DNA of 62,862 nt, counting the filler, from Hyphochytrium catenoides (Eukaryota; Protista; Hyphochytriomycota), in assembly GCA_900088475.1 (NCBI GenBank). It is 11 parts of 11 records of this genome, joined end to end, with 100 filler letters (N's around TTAATTAATTAA, not from the genome) between each part and the next. Parts side by side here need not be neighbours in the genome. Positions count along the whole stretch, not along the records: positions 50,178 to 61,630 come from FLMG01003088.1; positions 61,731 to 62,862 come from FLMG01003728.1; 9 more parts are not named here. One strand, written 5' to 3'. The notes under the pieces were generated by a model, which had not been told where the DNA came from, ran no database searches, and worked only from the letters and a program-made list of their open reading frames with translations. Shown in pieces: positions 60,582-62,862 of the stretch (positions are counted from its first letter, which is position 1; each line of letters starts with the position of its first letter). A program made the translations under genes and the position numbers.

Positions 60582-60686
60582 AGGGCGGGTAGGAGCCAGT
60601 CCAATAGGGGGCCGGACAATGGAGAGTGGGACCTCCCCCAAACAGCCAATCAGGGAGGAGAATATCGACCGAATCTAGCCAATCAG
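60582..60686 (+). promoter_or_regulatory. GC box plus CCAAT box cluster
   Basis: GGGCGG near 60583; CCAAT at 60601, 60646 and 60679, the last two as AGCCAATCAGG 33 bp apart. Confidence 0.45.
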
Positions 60687-62862
60687 GAGACACCAGGTAT
60701 CCTTCTCTTTTAGTAGAGGAAAAGCTGTAGAAAGTCCATAGCCATCTCTCCTTCGCTCTGTCTGTGGCCTGACCATTTCTTAGCCAGCTCTAATCTTAGA
60801 GCACCCTGTTTGTTCTCCTCTCTGTTTTGGACCCATCAGCTCTTTATCACGCTCTGTCTCTTCGTTTTTGCCGAATGCCCCTTCCTTCCTTCATCTCTTC
60901 CAACCAATATGTCAGGGCTTACAGCATAAGGTAGTGTGCACTCTGTCTGTCCAATCGGAATATTGTACTGGAGTAAAGTGGCGCTTCCGACTCTTTCAAA
61001 CTTATTTTAGATTGAGGATTTTTCTGAAGATTTGGCAATGAGAATTGCTGACTTCTATAAAGACAATGGATAGTTCTATCATTGGCTTTCTTGTGAGAGG
61101 AAGGCACCGCAATATATGTACATATAAACATAGAGCCTCTATCATCCAATTTGCACTGGCACCTGAAAGTAAGAGCTTGGCCCTCCTACGGGCATAGCCT
61201 AGAGATTCTAAAGCACTGCTCAGAATCCAATAGCCGGATTTCTAAGGAGCACTTCACGACAACAGAGGTGTGCCCTTCTTCGGATAGCTCGAGAGTAAAG
61301 GCATTTCCAGCGACAAGCGGTGTCTCGGGACTAGGCGTCGAAATCTCAAAAATATATAGAGTTATAAATTGATGAGGGGCCGTTATTCTTAGATGCTGTA
61401 TAAGCCAGACCACGGCGTCCATAGGAGATAGTAAGTACAGCCATCATTCTTGAGGCTCACAGGCGGAACAGGAAACTCGAAAGTGTTCCATCCCGTACCT
61501 GCCTTTCAGACACTGGGCCTCTCGCTCTTCCGCCCCTAGCAAGCTATTAGAATCCTCTCCTACTCCGCGTTCCTTTGCTGCATCCCCTAACCTCAAAAAG
61601 CGACTATCGTCATACACGCAGGTCACTAGCNNNNNNNNNNNNNNNNNNNNNNNNNNNNNNNNNNNNNNNNNNNNTTAATTAATTAANNNNNNNNNNNNNN
61701 NNNNNNNNNNNNNNNNNNNNNNNNNNNNNNAGAGAGAGAGAGACAGAGAGAGAGGAGAAAGAGAGAGAGAGAAAGAGAAAGAGGAATCAGAGGTTACACA
61801 AGTGTACGAGTAGTGCCCAAGAGAGCCGCCACTAACAGAGGCATAAGCAAAGCAGGAGACATGGAGGAAAATAGACACTGGTGAAGAAGGACGGGAGGAT
61901 CAAAGAACGGAGAAGAAGAGAAAGAAGGATGACAGAACTAGTGCCACCAGGGTGTATCTCTTCCTTCTTCTTCCTGTCGCCTCACCATTAAATCCTTCTT
62001 CCCCTGGTTGAAGCAAACACGTCCAAATGGCGGAAAGTAGTACCAGACACGTCCAAGCTGATGATGGCTCCAGGCTGCTCTGCTGCTCAGGGAAGGGAGA
62101 CAGGCGGGCAACCCACTGACCTGCCGCCTGCAATGCTAGTCAGTGGTTCTAACCGGCAAGGTCGCATAGGTTTTAATAGGGTGAGGCGTGTCGATTGGTC
62201 TATAGAAAGGATGGCAGAGGACTAGAGATGAGACATAAAGAAAACGTAGATCTTGCTGAACCTGAGGGTTCCTTCTCTTTCTCTCTCTCTCTCTCTCTCT
62301 TTGTCTCTCCTTTTTATCTAGAACTATCTCTTCTCCTCGCGTCATCGCTCAGCACACAACACCACAGAGACAAGACAAGCCCTGAAGATGATAGACAGGA
62401 AGAGGAGGAAAGTCCTTGGACAGACTGAGAGCGAAAGAAATGGACGAATCTACCTTTCTCAGGATGCGTCGAGACACTCCTTCGTCAGGCGACACCCCAC
62501 CACCACCGGCCGCCTGCTTCTTCGCCTGCACATGACGACGACAGCAGAGCTTCTCCTTGGACGTCTCAAGCCTAGGTGGTAGGAAAGGTAGCAGCTGTGT
62601 CTCTTCTTCGAGTCGTTCCTTGAACAATCCCTTAGGCCATTGTAACTGTTTCCCGCTTTCTTTGTTTGCCTATCCTACCGGCTCTCTTGTTAGCAGCGTA
62701 GTCGCCCTGCAGCTCCCGCTTTGTTGCTGTCTCTCCCTATTCTCTGTTGTTCATTGTCCGTCCCGTCTAGCAGTCATCATCAAGGCACTGCAGCTGCGAA
62801 CATTCATTCACTGCATTTAGAAGGGTCCGTCCACGAGTGGATCATCTGCTGCCATGAATGGA

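Noticed and set aside
60900-62862. Short ORFs at the window end
   Set aside because: Possible exon fragments, but no family could be supported.

Overview
Eukaryotic nuclear DNA (spliceosomal GT-AG introns with CTAAC/CTGAC-type branch sites; protein signatures suggest a stramenopile-like protist, which is an inference). The window is not one locus: it is 11 contigs joined by ten artificial 100-bp linkers (N44-TTAATTAATTAA-N44), so adjacency across linkers means nothing. Supported genes: Mediator MED14 (5' truncated), a six-KH RNA-binding protein, a PDI C-terminus (HEEL), an ankyrin protein, a Cys-rich membrane protein fragment, a TKL kinase fused to an adenylyl-cyclase-like 6TM anchor, a CRAL-TRIO fragment, an AKAP7-like 2H phosphoesterase, an intronless GH16 beta-1,3-glucanase, an NCS2/AzgA-like permease fragment, a rearranged Crinkler-type HNH nuclease, RPA2 with a perfect E2F site, a thioredoxin-less QSOX/Erv oxidase, a LiaF/DUF2154-like protein and a NIPP1-like FHA protein. 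Many contigs are saturated with (GA/CT)n microsatellites, which generate most ORFs in the supplied track. The top leads are the HNH nuclease locus (50.3-52.4 kb, three separate rearrangements and possible degenerate terminal inverted repeats) and the 6TM-sensor kinase (29.7-32.7 kb). No rRNA, tRNA or CRISPR array was found. All family calls are by-eye motif recognition, not database searches.
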